Below, one piece after another: positions 17,489-27,367 of a DNA stretch of 64,000 bases. A program made the position numbers and the translations under genes. This DNA is from an uncultured Chloroflexia bacterium. GTDB lineage: Bacteria > Chloroflexota > Limnocylindria > Limnocylindrales > CSP1-4. Positions within the stretch are counted from its first letter, which is position 1. Each line of letters begins with the position of its first letter. The stretch is from NCBI GenBank assembly GCA_963768655.1, contig CAVYIM010000006.1:246895-310894 (forward strand), read 5' to 3'. A model generated the notes under the pieces. The model had not been told where the DNA came from, made no database searches, and saw only the letters and a program-made list of their open reading frames with translations.

Positions 17489-18532
17489 TTGGACGCCGCT
17501 CTACTGGTCGTGTCGTTCGCGGTCATCCTCGGCGGGGCTGAGCTCTTCACGAACGGCATCGAGTGGTTCGGCCACAAGCTCGAGCTCGGTGAGGGAGCCA
17601 TCGGTTCTGTGCTCGCGGCGATCGGCACGGCCCTGCCGGAGACGATGATTCCGCTGATCGCCATCGTGTTCGGCGGTGGCCTGGCCGCGAGTGAGATCGG
17701 TATCGGGGCCATTCTCGGCGCCCCGTTCATGCTGGCCACGCTGGCCATGTTCGTGACCGGAGCCGGCGTGTGGCTGATGCGAGGGCGCCGGGCGACGGGT
17801 ACGACGCTGGCCCTGGACACGGGCGTGATCGGCCACGACATGGCCTATTTCGGGGTGGCCTACTGCATTGCCATCGGCGCGGCCTTCCTTCCCGTGGAGT
17901 TCGAGTGGCCGCGCCGGCTCGTGGCCGTGGCTCTGATCGCCATCTACGGCCGCCATGTCTGGGGGCATCTCCAGGCCGAGGCGGCGGAGCACCAGGGTCT
18001 CGAGCCCCTGCGGTTCCACAAGCTGGACCGCCGCGCGCCGCAACACCCGGAGCCCCCGCGGCTGGCGATCGTCTCGGTCCAGGTGGTCTTCGCGCTGGCG
18101 TGCATCATCGGCGGCGCGTGGACCTTCGTCGACGCGGTGAAAGACATGGCTTCGGGGCCCGGCGTGAACGGGACGCTGCTGGCGCTGTTGATCGCCCCGA
18201 TCGCGACGGAGCTTCCGGAGACCCTCAACAGCGTCCTGTGGGTTCGCCGCGGCAAGGACACGCTGGCGCTTGGCAACATCACGGGAGCGATGGTCTTCCA
18301 GAGCGCCATCCCGACCTCCATCGGGCTCGTCCTGGCGCCGCAGATCTGGTCGGCCTCGGGCTCCGGGCTCGCCTTCGCCTCAGCCGGCATCACATTCGTC
18401 TCGGCGGCGGCAATCTTTGTGCCGATGCTCGTCTGGCGCCGGCTCGATGGGCGGGCGCTGCTCGTCGGGGGCCTGTTCTACCTGGCATACGTGGCGGTCG
18501 TGCTCGCTGCGCTGGCCGGCGGTCGGGTCTGA
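17489..18532 (+). CDS. Na+/Ca2+ antiporter (CaCA family)
   Basis: Alpha repeats GTALPE and ATELPE; LALGNITGA. Confidence 0.9.
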   Translation: MDAALLVVSFAVILGGAELFTNGIEWFGHKLELGEGAIGSVLAAIGTALPETMIPLIAIVFGGGLAASEIGIGAILGAPFMLATLAMFVTGAGVWLMRGRRATGTTLALDTGVIGHDMAYFGVAYCIAIGAAFLPVEFEWPRRLVAVALIAIYGRHVWGHLQAEAAEHQGLEPLRFHKLDRRAPQHPEPPRLAIVSVQVVFALACIIGGAWTFVDAVKDMASGPGVNGTLLALLIAPIATELPETLNSVLWVRRGKDTLALGNITGAMVFQSAIPTSIGLVLAPQIWSASGSGLAFASAGITFVSAAAIFVPMLVWRRLDGRALLVGGLFYLAYVAVVLAALAGGRV

Positions 18533-18645
18533 TCGCCGGCCGCACAGGCCGCCGCGGCAGGTGCGTATCTCGGGAGAATGGTCGGGCGGTATACTCGCGG
18601 GTACGCTGGTCTACGCCGGCGGTCAGCACCAGGAGCGCCGATTAG

Positions 18646-19623
18646 ATGGTCACTGAGCACGCCCAGGCCCCCGCCGCGGACGCGGCGGCCACGCCCGATC
18701 AGTCCAACTTCATCTGCTACTTTCAGGGCGGATATGTAAGGCTGGGCGAGGCACGCATTCCGCTCATGACCCATGCGTTCCTGTACGGCACGGGTGTCTT
18801 CGAGGGCATCCGGGCGTACTGGAACCCTGACGAGAAGCAGCTGTACGGGCTCCGGATCAAGGAGCACATCGTCCGCCTGCGCAACTCCAGCAAGATCATG
18901 CTCATGGCGGACATCCCGACGGTCGACGAGTTCACCGAGATCGTCAAGCAAGTCCTCCGGCGCAACAACTTCCACGAAGACGCCTACTGCCGGCCCTCGG
19001 TCTACAAGAGCACCGAAGCCATCGGCGTCAAGCTCCACGGCCTGACCCACGACTTCTACGTCCTGGCCGTTCCGATGGGCGACTACATCGACACCGAGAA
19101 GGGAATCCCGGCGGGCACGGTGTCATGGCGCCGCACGAGCGACACGTCGATCCCGTCGCGTAGCAAGATCACCGGCAGCTACGTGAATCCGGCCTTCTCC
19201 AAGACCGAGGCCATGCTCAACGGTTTCGACGAGGCGATCGTGCTGACCGGCGACGGGCACGTCTCGGAGGGCTCGGCCGAGAACCTGTTCATGGTCCGAG
19301 ACGGCATCCTGATCACGCCTTCGGTGAGCGAAGACATCCTCGAGGGGATCACCCGGGCCGGCATCATGGAGATCGCGAAGTACCTGGACATCCCGGTCAA
19401 GGAGCGCCAGATCGACCGGTCCGAGCTCTACATAGCCGACGAGATCTTCCTCTGCGGTACCGGCGCCCAGGTTTCACCGGTGGCGTCGGTCGACCACCGG
19501 GCGGTTGGCGACGGGCACGTCGGTCCGATCGCGAAGAAGATCAGCCGGACCTACTTCGACGCTGTGCGGGGACGGCTCGCCGCGTTCCAGCACTGGGTCA
19601 CGCCTATATACACGGGTGAGTGA
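18646..19623 (+). CDS. ilvE: Branched-chain amino acid aminotransferase
   Basis: YGTGVFEGIRAY, EGSAENLF, LEGITR and EIFLCGTGA motifs. Confidence 0.95.
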   Translation: MVTEHAQAPAADAAATPDQSNFICYFQGGYVRLGEARIPLMTHAFLYGTGVFEGIRAYWNPDEKQLYGLRIKEHIVRLRNSSKIMLMADIPTVDEFTEIVKQVLRRNNFHEDAYCRPSVYKSTEAIGVKLHGLTHDFYVLAVPMGDYIDTEKGIPAGTVSWRRTSDTSIPSRSKITGSYVNPAFSKTEAMLNGFDEAIVLTGDGHVSEGSAENLFMVRDGILITPSVSEDILEGITRAGIMEIAKYLDIPVKERQIDRSELYIADEIFLCGTGAQVSPVASVDHRAVGDGHVGPIAKKISRTYFDAVRGRLAAFQHWVTPIYTGE

Positions 19624-21346
19624 GGTAGTCGCGCGCGACTCGTCGGCCGTTCGACCGGGCTTTTCCGCCGTCCGGGCGGAGGGACAGGTCGAGAAGAGGG
19701 GCGCGCGCCGATACCGGGTCCTGGAGATCATTCCCGGCCTCGTCACGTGGATGCTGATCCTGGGCCCCATCCCCTTGTCGCTGCGCTATCCGCAGGTCGT
19801 GGGCTGGTTCGTCCTGTGCTTCGACTGCTACTGGCTGTACCGTGCCGCCGAGCTGGCGGTGAGCGTGTGCATCTCGTTCCGGAGAGTGCGCCGGGTAATG
19901 GCGGTCGATTGGCGTGAGCGGGCGTTCTCCCTGGCGGATCCTCAGGCTCGCTACGACGAGTTGCCGGGCCTGATCGAACTCATCGACCAGCATGTCGCAG
20001 AGCTGCGCCGGTCCGGCAACGAGCTGGCCGCGCGAGGCGGGCGACGGGAACAGCAGCGCCTGATCGCGGAGAGGCGCGACCTCGGGCGGCTGCTGCGGTC
20101 GATGGTCCCCGGCGAGCAGCTGCCGGACCCACGCCAGATCTGGCACGTTGCGCTCATTCCGACATATACGGAGCCCTACGAGAAGCTGTACGAGACAATC
20201 AAGGCGCTCGCGGAAGCCGACTATCCGCGCGACCTGAAGATGGTTGCGATCATCACCCGCGAGACGGACCTCCAGGGCCGCGAGAACGTGGTCAGGTTGC
20301 GGGAGATCTTCGGGTCCAGCTTCCGTCACTTCTTCCACATTCTCGATCCGCTCGAGCCCGGCGTGGTCGTCGGCAAGTCGAGCGCGATGGCCTACGGCGG
20401 ACGGTGGCTGTACCGGGAGCTAACCGAGCTGGGCTTCGATCCAGCGAAAGTCGTCGTCACCGATCTGGACTCGGACTACCGCGTCCACCGGCAGTACTTC
20501 GGCTATTTGACTTATACCTTCGTGACAGACCCCGACCGCCAGCATCGTCTCTACCAGCCGATCCCGATGTTCCACAACAACCTGTGGCAGTGCCCGCTGC
20601 CGGTCCGGCTGGTCGCCGTGTCCACGACCCATGTCCAGATGTGGCGGCACCTGACTCCTGAGCGACTTGTCAGCTTCAGCTCCTACGCCGTCTCGCTGCG
20701 GACTATCCACGACGTGGACTACTGGGCGACGGACGCAATTCCCGAGGACAGCCGCTTCTACTGGAAGAGCTTCTTCCGATACAGCGGCCAGTTCCACTCG
20801 GTCCCGCTGTTCATGCCGGTGTACGGCGATGCGGTGCGAGCGCGCTCGTATCCTCGCAGCCTGGTCCAGCAGTACACGCAGATCAGGCGTTGGGCCTGGG
20901 GGATCACCGACATCCCGTACTTCATCGACAACGCCCTGGACCACTCCGAGATCCCGCGCCATCAGCGGGTCATACGGCTGCTTTCCTTGTGGGCGGATCA
21001 CATCAACTGGGCGGTGGCGCCGTTCGTGTTGATGTTCGGGCCCACCCTGCCGCTGCTGCTGAACGACTCCTTCCGGCCGACCACGCTTGGGCAGCAGCTG
21101 CCGATCTACGCGGCCTGGCTGCTCACCGGGGCCCTGGCATCGCTCATCGTGCTGGTCTTCATCGAGGACCAGCTCGCCCCGCCCCGGCCCAAAGAGTGGG
21201 GGGTCGGGATGAAGCTGGTGTCGTGGCTGCAGTGGCTGTGTCTGCCGGCGGTCGGTGTCGTCTTCACGAATTTGCCGGCACTGGACGCCCAGACGCGCCT
21301 GCTGACCGGGCGCTACCTCGAATACCGGGTAACCGAGAAGACGTGA
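19616..21346 (+). CDS. Membrane GT2-family glycosyltransferase
   Basis: IPTYTE, DLDSD, PEDS and QIRRW motifs; TM helices at both ends. Confidence 0.85.
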   Translation: MSEVVARDSSAVRPGFSAVRAEGQVEKRGARRYRVLEIIPGLVTWMLILGPIPLSLRYPQVVGWFVLCFDCYWLYRAAELAVSVCISFRRVRRVMAVDWRERAFSLADPQARYDELPGLIELIDQHVAELRRSGNELAARGGRREQQRLIAERRDLGRLLRSMVPGEQLPDPRQIWHVALIPTYTEPYEKLYETIKALAEADYPRDLKMVAIITRETDLQGRENVVRLREIFGSSFRHFFHILDPLEPGVVVGKSSAMAYGGRWLYRELTELGFDPAKVVVTDLDSDYRVHRQYFGYLTYTFVTDPDRQHRLYQPIPMFHNNLWQCPLPVRLVAVSTTHVQMWRHLTPERLVSFSSYAVSLRTIHDVDYWATDAIPEDSRFYWKSFFRYSGQFHSVPLFMPVYGDAVRARSYPRSLVQQYTQIRRWAWGITDIPYFIDNALDHSEIPRHQRVIRLLSLWADHINWAVAPFVLMFGPTLPLLLNDSFRPTTLGQQLPIYAAWLLTGALASLIVLVFIEDQLAPPRPKEWGVGMKLVSWLQWLCLPAVGVVFTNLPALDAQTRLLTGRYLEYRVTEKT

Positions 21347-21449
21347 CGGCAGCCGGGGGCGGGGGCTCCGGCCGCGGCTTGGGCAGTGTACCCGCCGCGG
21401 GAGGGCCGGCCGGCCCGCGGCGCCTCCGATTCGAGGGCGCGATCTGCTG

Positions 21450-23204
21450 TCAGTTCGGCGCCGCGGAAAGAGCGGGCAGGTTCGTTCCGGTAACGATCAC
21501 GAACTCCACTCCTTCGGTGGGGTCGGTGACGCTCTGAATCGGGGCAGTCGGGTTCGTCGAGGGGACTCCCGTCAGGGCCAGTAGCCGCGCCAGTTCCGTC
21601 AGCGTAGCCGGGTACTGGGTGTCGGCGCCGTTGACGCATAGCAACTGAGTCGTGCCACCCAGTTGTGCCGGCTGGCTGGCGCTCGCCAGGGCGTCGAGGC
21701 CCAAGTCCTGGAGATAGTTAGCGACTGTCTGGTCCTGCCCGGAGCTCCCGGTCCCGTTCTCGACGATGATGGGAGCGCTCTCGGCGACAGCCGTCTGAAG
21801 CGTGTCGGGGATGTTGGTGCTGGGGGCGATTGCGGCCTTCACGACGGCCCGGATGGCCGCATAGTCGGGATTGGCAGTCGCCCAGACGTAGCTCTTGATA
21901 TCGCCCGGTTTGACGGTCTTGGCCAGCTGAATCATCGGCCCGAGCACGTCGGGGCCCTCCGGAATGTCGGTGTGAACGGTCTGGCCGAGCGCGTCGACTA
22001 GATCGCCGAGGTGGGACGAGATGTCGTTGAAGTTGGCCTGCTGCTCCAGGGCGACCACGACCTGCTGCTGGCGAATGGTTCGAGCGTAGACGCTGGAGCC
22101 GACCACGTGACCGATGCGGGCGTAGGTGAGCGCCTCGTTTCCGTCCATGTGTTGTATCCCTGCGGGAAAGAAGACACGCAGGTGGACGGCGTCACTGCTG
22201 TTGCTGGGGAAGCCGTTGTCGAAGACGGGGGCAGGGACGTCGATCGTCACGCCGCCTAGCGTATCGACCACTTTCTCGAATCCTGAGAAGCCGACCTCGA
22301 CGTAGTACTGGATGGCGTTCTGATCGCCGAAGAAGGTGTAGCCGAGCGCCTGCTTGAGCGCGTCGGCTCCACCGTTGGGGAAGAGGTTCCTGTACGGGTC
22401 GGCGAACTCCCAGAGATTGGTGAGCTTCGAGTTGAACGTCGGCCCGAAGAGTTGCGCCAGCCGTGATTTGGGCGGCATGGGCACGCCGGTCGCGTCACGC
22501 AAGATGCTGAAAAGGGCGACCTGATGACTGAGCGGGTCGATGCTGACGACGATCATCGAGTCCGTTCGGATGCCGCCGCGAGTGTCGGCGCCGACGAGCA
22601 GGATGTTCAGGCGACTCGTTCCGGTCCATGGCTGGATCGTCGCTGCCGGAGCCGGTGTCTCCTGAGGCGGGAAGGTGAGCGTGGGCGACGGAGTGGCCGA
22701 AGTGGCCGAAGGGCCGGGGGTCGGCTGCTCGATCACGAGGGGCGCGTGAATCTCGGTGGTGAGGTTGTAAAACTTGAGATCCCAGTAGCCGACGAGGACG
22801 TGACCCGAAACGAGAATCGCGAGGATCAAGCCCAGGCCGGCAATGGACAGCGGATCGATCTGTCCACGCCTACGGCCGATCCGCCGAACGCCTGGCACTG
22901 CCGGATCGATGGCGAGCCGATAGGCGTCGACGCAGGCCAGAGCCCGGTAGGCCAGCAGCACGACGTTGGCGATCGCCAGCGGCCCCAGGACGGAGGACTG
23001 GCTGATCCACAGGCCGAAGTCGACGATCCCACTGCTGAGGAGATAGATGATCGAGATCGCCAGGGCGATCAGCGGCGGAGCCGCCAGCGCCAGTCCGCGG
23101 ACGTATGCGCCGGCGTAGGCCTGGCCCAGTCCCGGGAAGAGAAAGGACAGGAAGGCGGCGCTGAAGGCGGATCGACGAGACGGCGAGCGAACGGCAGTGG
23201 TCAC
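21450..23204 (-). CDS. LCP (LytR-CpsA-Psr) protein with C-terminal LytR_C-like domain
   Basis: NILLVGAD, RTDSMIVVSID, LRD, GFEKVVDTLGGV, RQQ and VENGTG motifs; several N-terminal TMs. Confidence 0.88.
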   Translation of the reverse strand: MTTAVRSPSRRSAFSAAFLSFLFPGLGQAYAGAYVRGLALAAPPLIALAISIIYLLSSGIVDFGLWISQSSVLGPLAIANVVLLAYRALACVDAYRLAIDPAVPGVRRIGRRRGQIDPLSIAGLGLILAILVSGHVLVGYWDLKFYNLTTEIHAPLVIEQPTPGPSATSATPSPTLTFPPQETPAPAATIQPWTGTSRLNILLVGADTRGGIRTDSMIVVSIDPLSHQVALFSILRDATGVPMPPKSRLAQLFGPTFNSKLTNLWEFADPYRNLFPNGGADALKQALGYTFFGDQNAIQYYVEVGFSGFEKVVDTLGGVTIDVPAPVFDNGFPSNSSDAVHLRVFFPAGIQHMDGNEALTYARIGHVVGSSVYARTIRQQQVVVALEQQANFNDISSHLGDLVDALGQTVHTDIPEGPDVLGPMIQLAKTVKPGDIKSYVWATANPDYAAIRAVVKAAIAPSTNIPDTLQTAVAESAPIIVENGTGSSGQDQTVANYLQDLGLDALASASQPAQLGGTTQLLCVNGADTQYPATLTELARLLALTGVPSTNPTAPIQSVTDPTEGVEFVIVTGTNLPALSAAPN

Positions 23205-23352
23205 TGGTTCGCTAGGATAGCCGTGAACGCATTGTCACGTCACAGAGCGGATATCCACAGGTAGTGCCCGGCCGCGCCGACCCGTCCAGTGACCAGCCCG
23301 GTCGTCGCCGCGCCAGTCCATACGTCTACAAGCACTCAGAGCACCGAGGACG

Positions 23353-26300
23353 ATGTTTCGACCAGTCAGCTCCAAGCCCGATCTCGTCGCCCAGGAGCAC
23401 GAGATCCTGAACCTCTGGCACGATCGCCGGATCTTCGCGCGCCTGCGAGCCCAGAATGCGGGCCACGAGCGCTGGAGCTTCCTGGACGGACCGATCACTG
23501 CCAACAACCCGATGGGCGTGCATCACGCCTGGGGTCGCGCCTACAAGGATCTCTTCCAGCGGTTCTGGGCGATGCAGGGTCGGGATCAGCGCTACCAGAA
23601 CGGCTTCGATTGCCAGGGTTTGTGGGTCGAGGTCAACGTCGAACGGGATCTCGGATTCACCAGCAAGCGCGACATCGAGGACTACGGCATCGCCGAGTTC
23701 GTCAGCCTGTGCAAGCAGCGCGTCCTCACCTTTGCCGCGCGCCAGACCGAGCAGTCGATCCGGCTCGGGATGTGGATGGATTGGAACGACCCGCACGAGC
23801 TGCGCCGGCTGCGCGATCGGCTCGCGGAGGATCCCAGCCAGCAGGTCACGATGAGGAGCACCGACGGGACCGAGGTCACCGATACGGCCGAGATGCTGGT
23901 CGGACGGCTGGGCATGCCCGAGCTGGGCGGCAGCTACTTCACCTTCTCCAACGAGAACAACTACTTGATCTGGTCGTTCCTGGCCGAGTGCCATCGCCGC
24001 GGCTGGCTGTACAAGGGCCACGACACGATGCCCTGGTGCGCGCGGTGCGGCACCGGCATCAGCCAGCACGAGATGACCGAGGGCTACGCCGACCGCCAGG
24101 ACCCCGGCCTGACGATCAAGTTCCCGCTCACGGACCGTCCCGGCGAGTCGCTGCTGGTCTGGACCACGACGCCCTGGACCCTGACTTCCAACGTGGCGGC
24201 GGCGGTCGGCAAGGAGCTGCGCTACGTCAAGGTCCGCCAGGGCGACGAGGTCTACTGGCTCGGCCGCGGGACTGTCAAGCATGCCCTGGAGGGTCCGTTC
24301 CAGGTCCTGGAGGAGCGGCCGGGTCGAGAGCTGGCGGGCTGGCTGTACGCCGGCCCGTTCGACGAGCTGCCGGCCGTGCAGGAGGCATTCGCCGGCTCGG
24401 ACGGGAGGCCCGCCTACGAGCACCGCGTCGTCGTCTGGGACGAGGTGGGCGAGGAAGAGGGAACCGGCATCGTCCACATCGCGCCCGGCTGCGGCGCCGA
24501 GGACTTCGCCCTGGGGAAGTCGCTCGGCTTGCCGATGATCGCCCCGCTCGACGAGAACGGCGTGGTCATCCCCGGATTCGGGCCGTACTCGGGCCGGGAC
24601 GTCCGGGACGTGGCGGAGCCGATCCTCGAATCGCTGCGGCACAAGCGCCGCTTCTACCGTCTCGAGACGATCACCCACCGCTACCCGCACTGCTGGCGCT
24701 GCGGCACGCCACTCGTCTTCCGGCTGGTCGACGAGTGGTACGTCAGCATGGGCCCGGTCTACGACAAGCCTCGCGACCAGCTGACCCCGGCCGAAGTTGA
24801 CGCGAGCCTGCGCTACCAGATCATGGAATCGGTCGACCGGATCAAGTGGATCCCGGGCTTCGGGTATGAGCGCGAGATCGACTGGCTCCTGAACATGCAC
24901 GACTGGATGATCAGCAAGAAGCGCTACTGGGGCCTTGCGCTGCCCATCTACGACTGCGCCTGCGGCACGATCGGCGTCGTGGGCAGTCGCGAGGAGCTGG
25001 CCGAACGCGCCGTCGAGGGTTGGGAGGAGTTCGAAGGTCACACGCCGCACCGGCCCTACGTGGACGCGGTCAAGATCCGCTGCGCAGGCTGCGGCGAGCC
25101 CGTCAGCCGCATCGCCGACGTCGGCAACCCGTGGCTCGACGCCGGCATCGTGCCCTTCTCGACGATGCATTACCGCTCCGAGCCGGAGTTCTGGAAGGAG
25201 TGGTTCCCCGCCGACTTCGTGACGGAGAGCTTCCCCGGCCAGTTCCGCAACTGGTTCTACTCGTTGCTGGCGATGAGCACCGTGTTGCGCCGCGAGCCTC
25301 CGTTCAAGACGCTCTTCGGATACGCCCTCGTCTTCGGCGAGGATGGCCGCCAGATGCACAAGAGCTGGGGCAACGCCATCGAGTTCGACGAGGCGGCCGA
25401 ACGGATGGGCGTGGACGTGATGCGGTGGATGTTCGCCAACGCCCGGCCCGAGGACAACATCAACTTCGGCTGGCATGCCGCGGACGAGGCGCGCCGGCGG
25501 CTGCTCGTTCTCTGGAACGTCTACTCGTTCTTCGTCACCTACGCCCGCCTCACCGGCTGGGAGCCGAGCGCCAAGGCGCCCGCCGTGGCGAAGCGCGGGC
25601 CGCTGGATCGATGGATCCTGGCCCGGGTCGCCCGATTGGCCGGCGAGGTCGAGAGCGACCTGCGCGACTATGACGCCCTCGACGCGGGGAGGGCCATCGA
25701 CGGCTTCATCGAGGAGCTGTCGACGTGGTATCTGCGGCGCTCGAGGAAGCGCTTCTCGCGCGGGGCCGATCCCGCCGACCGCGCCTCGGCCTTCGCCACG
25801 ATGCACGCGACCCTGGTGACGTTGACGCGCATCCTGGCTCCGGTCCTGCCCTTCCTGTCGGAGGCGATGTATCGGAACATCGCCGTTGCCGGCGGCGGCG
25901 CCGACGTCCCGGAGAGCGTGCACCTGACGGCGTGGCCGTCCGCCGAGCTGAGCGGCCTCAACAACCGCCAGCTCCAGGCCTCGATGGCGGTCTTGATGCG
26001 AGTGGTCGACCTGGTGCGGACGCTTCGCGGGCAGGCCGGGATCAAGGTGCGTCAGCCTCTTGCCCGGATGTGGATCGCCCTGCCCGGCCGGAAGATGGTC
26101 GAGCAGGAGGCCCTGCTGGCCCTGGCCGCCGACGAAGTCAACGTCAAGTCCATCGAGCTGATCGGCGACGAGTCGGAGCTCGTCGATCGGCGGGTCAAGC
26201 CGCTCCTGCCCAAGATCGGCAAGAAGTTCGGGGCGGCGATACCGGCAGTAATGGCTGCGGCGCGCGAGAACCGTTTCGAGCTACTGCCCGACGGCTCCGT

Positions 26301-26697
26301 CCGGATGGGCGGCGTGACGCTCGCCCCCGACGAGGTCGAGATCCTCGCCACGCCGCGGCCCGGAACGGTGGTCGCGCACGACGAGGGTCTGGTCGTCGTC
26401 ATCGACACCGAGCTGACACCCGAGCTGCTGGCCGAAGGCGATGCCCGCGAGCTGCAGCGCGCCATCCAGGATGCCCGCAAAGAGGCTGGGGTCGATCTCG
26501 ACGACGAGGTCAGGATCAAAGTCGACGCGCCGGCCGCCGTTCGCGCAACCCTGAAGCCGTACATCGCCTCGGTCGAGGCCGAGACGCGCAGCACGATCGC
26601 TTTCGGAGTCGTCCCGCCGTCGATCGACACGATCGCGGCTGAACTCGACTCCGGTTCCGTCACGATTGGCTTGGCGGGGAAAGCCGACGCACCTTAG
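23353..26697 (+). CDS. ileS: Isoleucine--tRNA ligase (type 2-like)
   Basis: DGPITAN, GFDCQGL, VWTTTPWTL, GTGIVHIAP, HRYPHCWRC and DWMISKKRYWG motifs; QMHKS. Confidence 0.96.
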   Translation: MFRPVSSKPDLVAQEHEILNLWHDRRIFARLRAQNAGHERWSFLDGPITANNPMGVHHAWGRAYKDLFQRFWAMQGRDQRYQNGFDCQGLWVEVNVERDLGFTSKRDIEDYGIAEFVSLCKQRVLTFAARQTEQSIRLGMWMDWNDPHELRRLRDRLAEDPSQQVTMRSTDGTEVTDTAEMLVGRLGMPELGGSYFTFSNENNYLIWSFLAECHRRGWLYKGHDTMPWCARCGTGISQHEMTEGYADRQDPGLTIKFPLTDRPGESLLVWTTTPWTLTSNVAAAVGKELRYVKVRQGDEVYWLGRGTVKHALEGPFQVLEERPGRELAGWLYAGPFDELPAVQEAFAGSDGRPAYEHRVVVWDEVGEEEGTGIVHIAPGCGAEDFALGKSLGLPMIAPLDENGVVIPGFGPYSGRDVRDVAEPILESLRHKRRFYRLETITHRYPHCWRCGTPLVFRLVDEWYVSMGPVYDKPRDQLTPAEVDASLRYQIMESVDRIKWIPGFGYEREIDWLLNMHDWMISKKRYWGLALPIYDCACGTIGVVGSREELAERAVEGWEEFEGHTPHRPYVDAVKIRCAGCGEPVSRIADVGNPWLDAGIVPFSTMHYRSEPEFWKEWFPADFVTESFPGQFRNWFYSLLAMSTVLRREPPFKTLFGYALVFGEDGRQMHKSWGNAIEFDEAAERMGVDVMRWMFANARPEDNINFGWHAADEARRRLLVLWNVYSFFVTYARLTGWEPSAKAPAVAKRGPLDRWILARVARLAGEVESDLRDYDALDAGRAIDGFIEELSTWYLRRSRKRFSRGADPADRASAFATMHATLVTLTRILAPVLPFLSEAMYRNIAVAGGGADVPESVHLTAWPSAELSGLNNRQLQASMAVLMRVVDLVRTLRGQAGIKVRQPLARMWIALPGRKMVEQEALLALAADEVNVKSIELIGDESELVDRRVKPLLPKIGKKFGAAIPAVMAAARENRFELLPDGSVRMGGVTLAPDEVEILATPRPGTVVAHDEGLVVVIDTELTPELLAEGDARELQRAIQDARKEAGVDLDDEVRIKVDAPAAVRATLKPYIASVEAETRSTIAFGVVPPSIDTIAAELDSGSVTIGLAGKADAP

Positions 26698-26728
26698 GCT
26701 TAGCGGAACATCCACGGAGGGCACGCAA

Positions 26729-27367
26729 CTGGACCCTGTCAAAACGCACCCTGAGCCATCCACCGACCGGCCCTCGGCCGGCGGGTCGCAGCGCCGGCGG
26801 CCCGGGGCCGTGGCGCTTTTCGCCGCGCTGGCGACGGCGATCGTGGTCAGCGACCAGTTGCTGAAGCAGTGGGTCGTGGCCAACTTCGAGCCGAACACGA
26901 TCTACCCGGTGATGGGCGACTGGCTGCGCGTCGATCTGATCCACAACGACGGTGGGCTGTTCGGCCTGCTACAGGGTCAGGCTCAGGTCTTCGCCGCCGT
27001 GACGGTCGGCGTCGTGGGGCTCATAGCGTGGCTGCAGATCCGGTGGGGCTGGCGCAGCTGGCTGATCACGCTGGCCCTGGGCCTCCTCCTCGGAGGTGCG
27101 ATCGGCAACTTCATCGACCGCATCCGGTTCGGCTACGTGGTCGACTTCGCCGACATCGGGGTCGGCACGTGGCGCTGGTACATCTTCAACATCGCCGACA
27201 TGGCGGTGACCTGCTTCTTCCTGCTGCTGATCGGGATCTGGATCCTCGCACCCAGGCTCCTGTCGGGCGGCGAGGCCAGCCCCGGGGCCGCCATGACGCC
27301 GGGCGACGCCCAGGGGCCGAGTCCAGCGGGAGAGCCGGGCGACGCCGAGGGGCCGGTAGCCGAATGA
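26729..27367 (+). CDS. lspA: Lipoprotein signal peptidase II (start uncertain, possibly CTG)
   Basis: DQLLK, GGAIGNFIDR, VVDF and IFNIAD motifs; ileS-lspA order. Confidence 0.92.
   Translation: MDPVKTHPEPSTDRPSAGGSQRRRPGAVALFAALATAIVVSDQLLKQWVVANFEPNTIYPVMGDWLRVDLIHNDGGLFGLLQGQAQVFAAVTVGVVGLIAWLQIRWGWRSWLITLALGLLLGGAIGNFIDRIRFGYVVDFADIGVGTWRWYIFNIADMAVTCFFLLLIGIWILAPRLLSGGEASPGAAMTPGDAQGPSPAGEPGDAEGPVAE

Noticed and set aside
23251-23259. DnaA box-like ATATCCACA
   Set aside because: Single imperfect copy; no cluster or AT-rich unwinding region
23205-23352. T-box riboswitch upstream of ileS
   Set aside because: No GGTGGNACCGCG T-box motif or specifier stem
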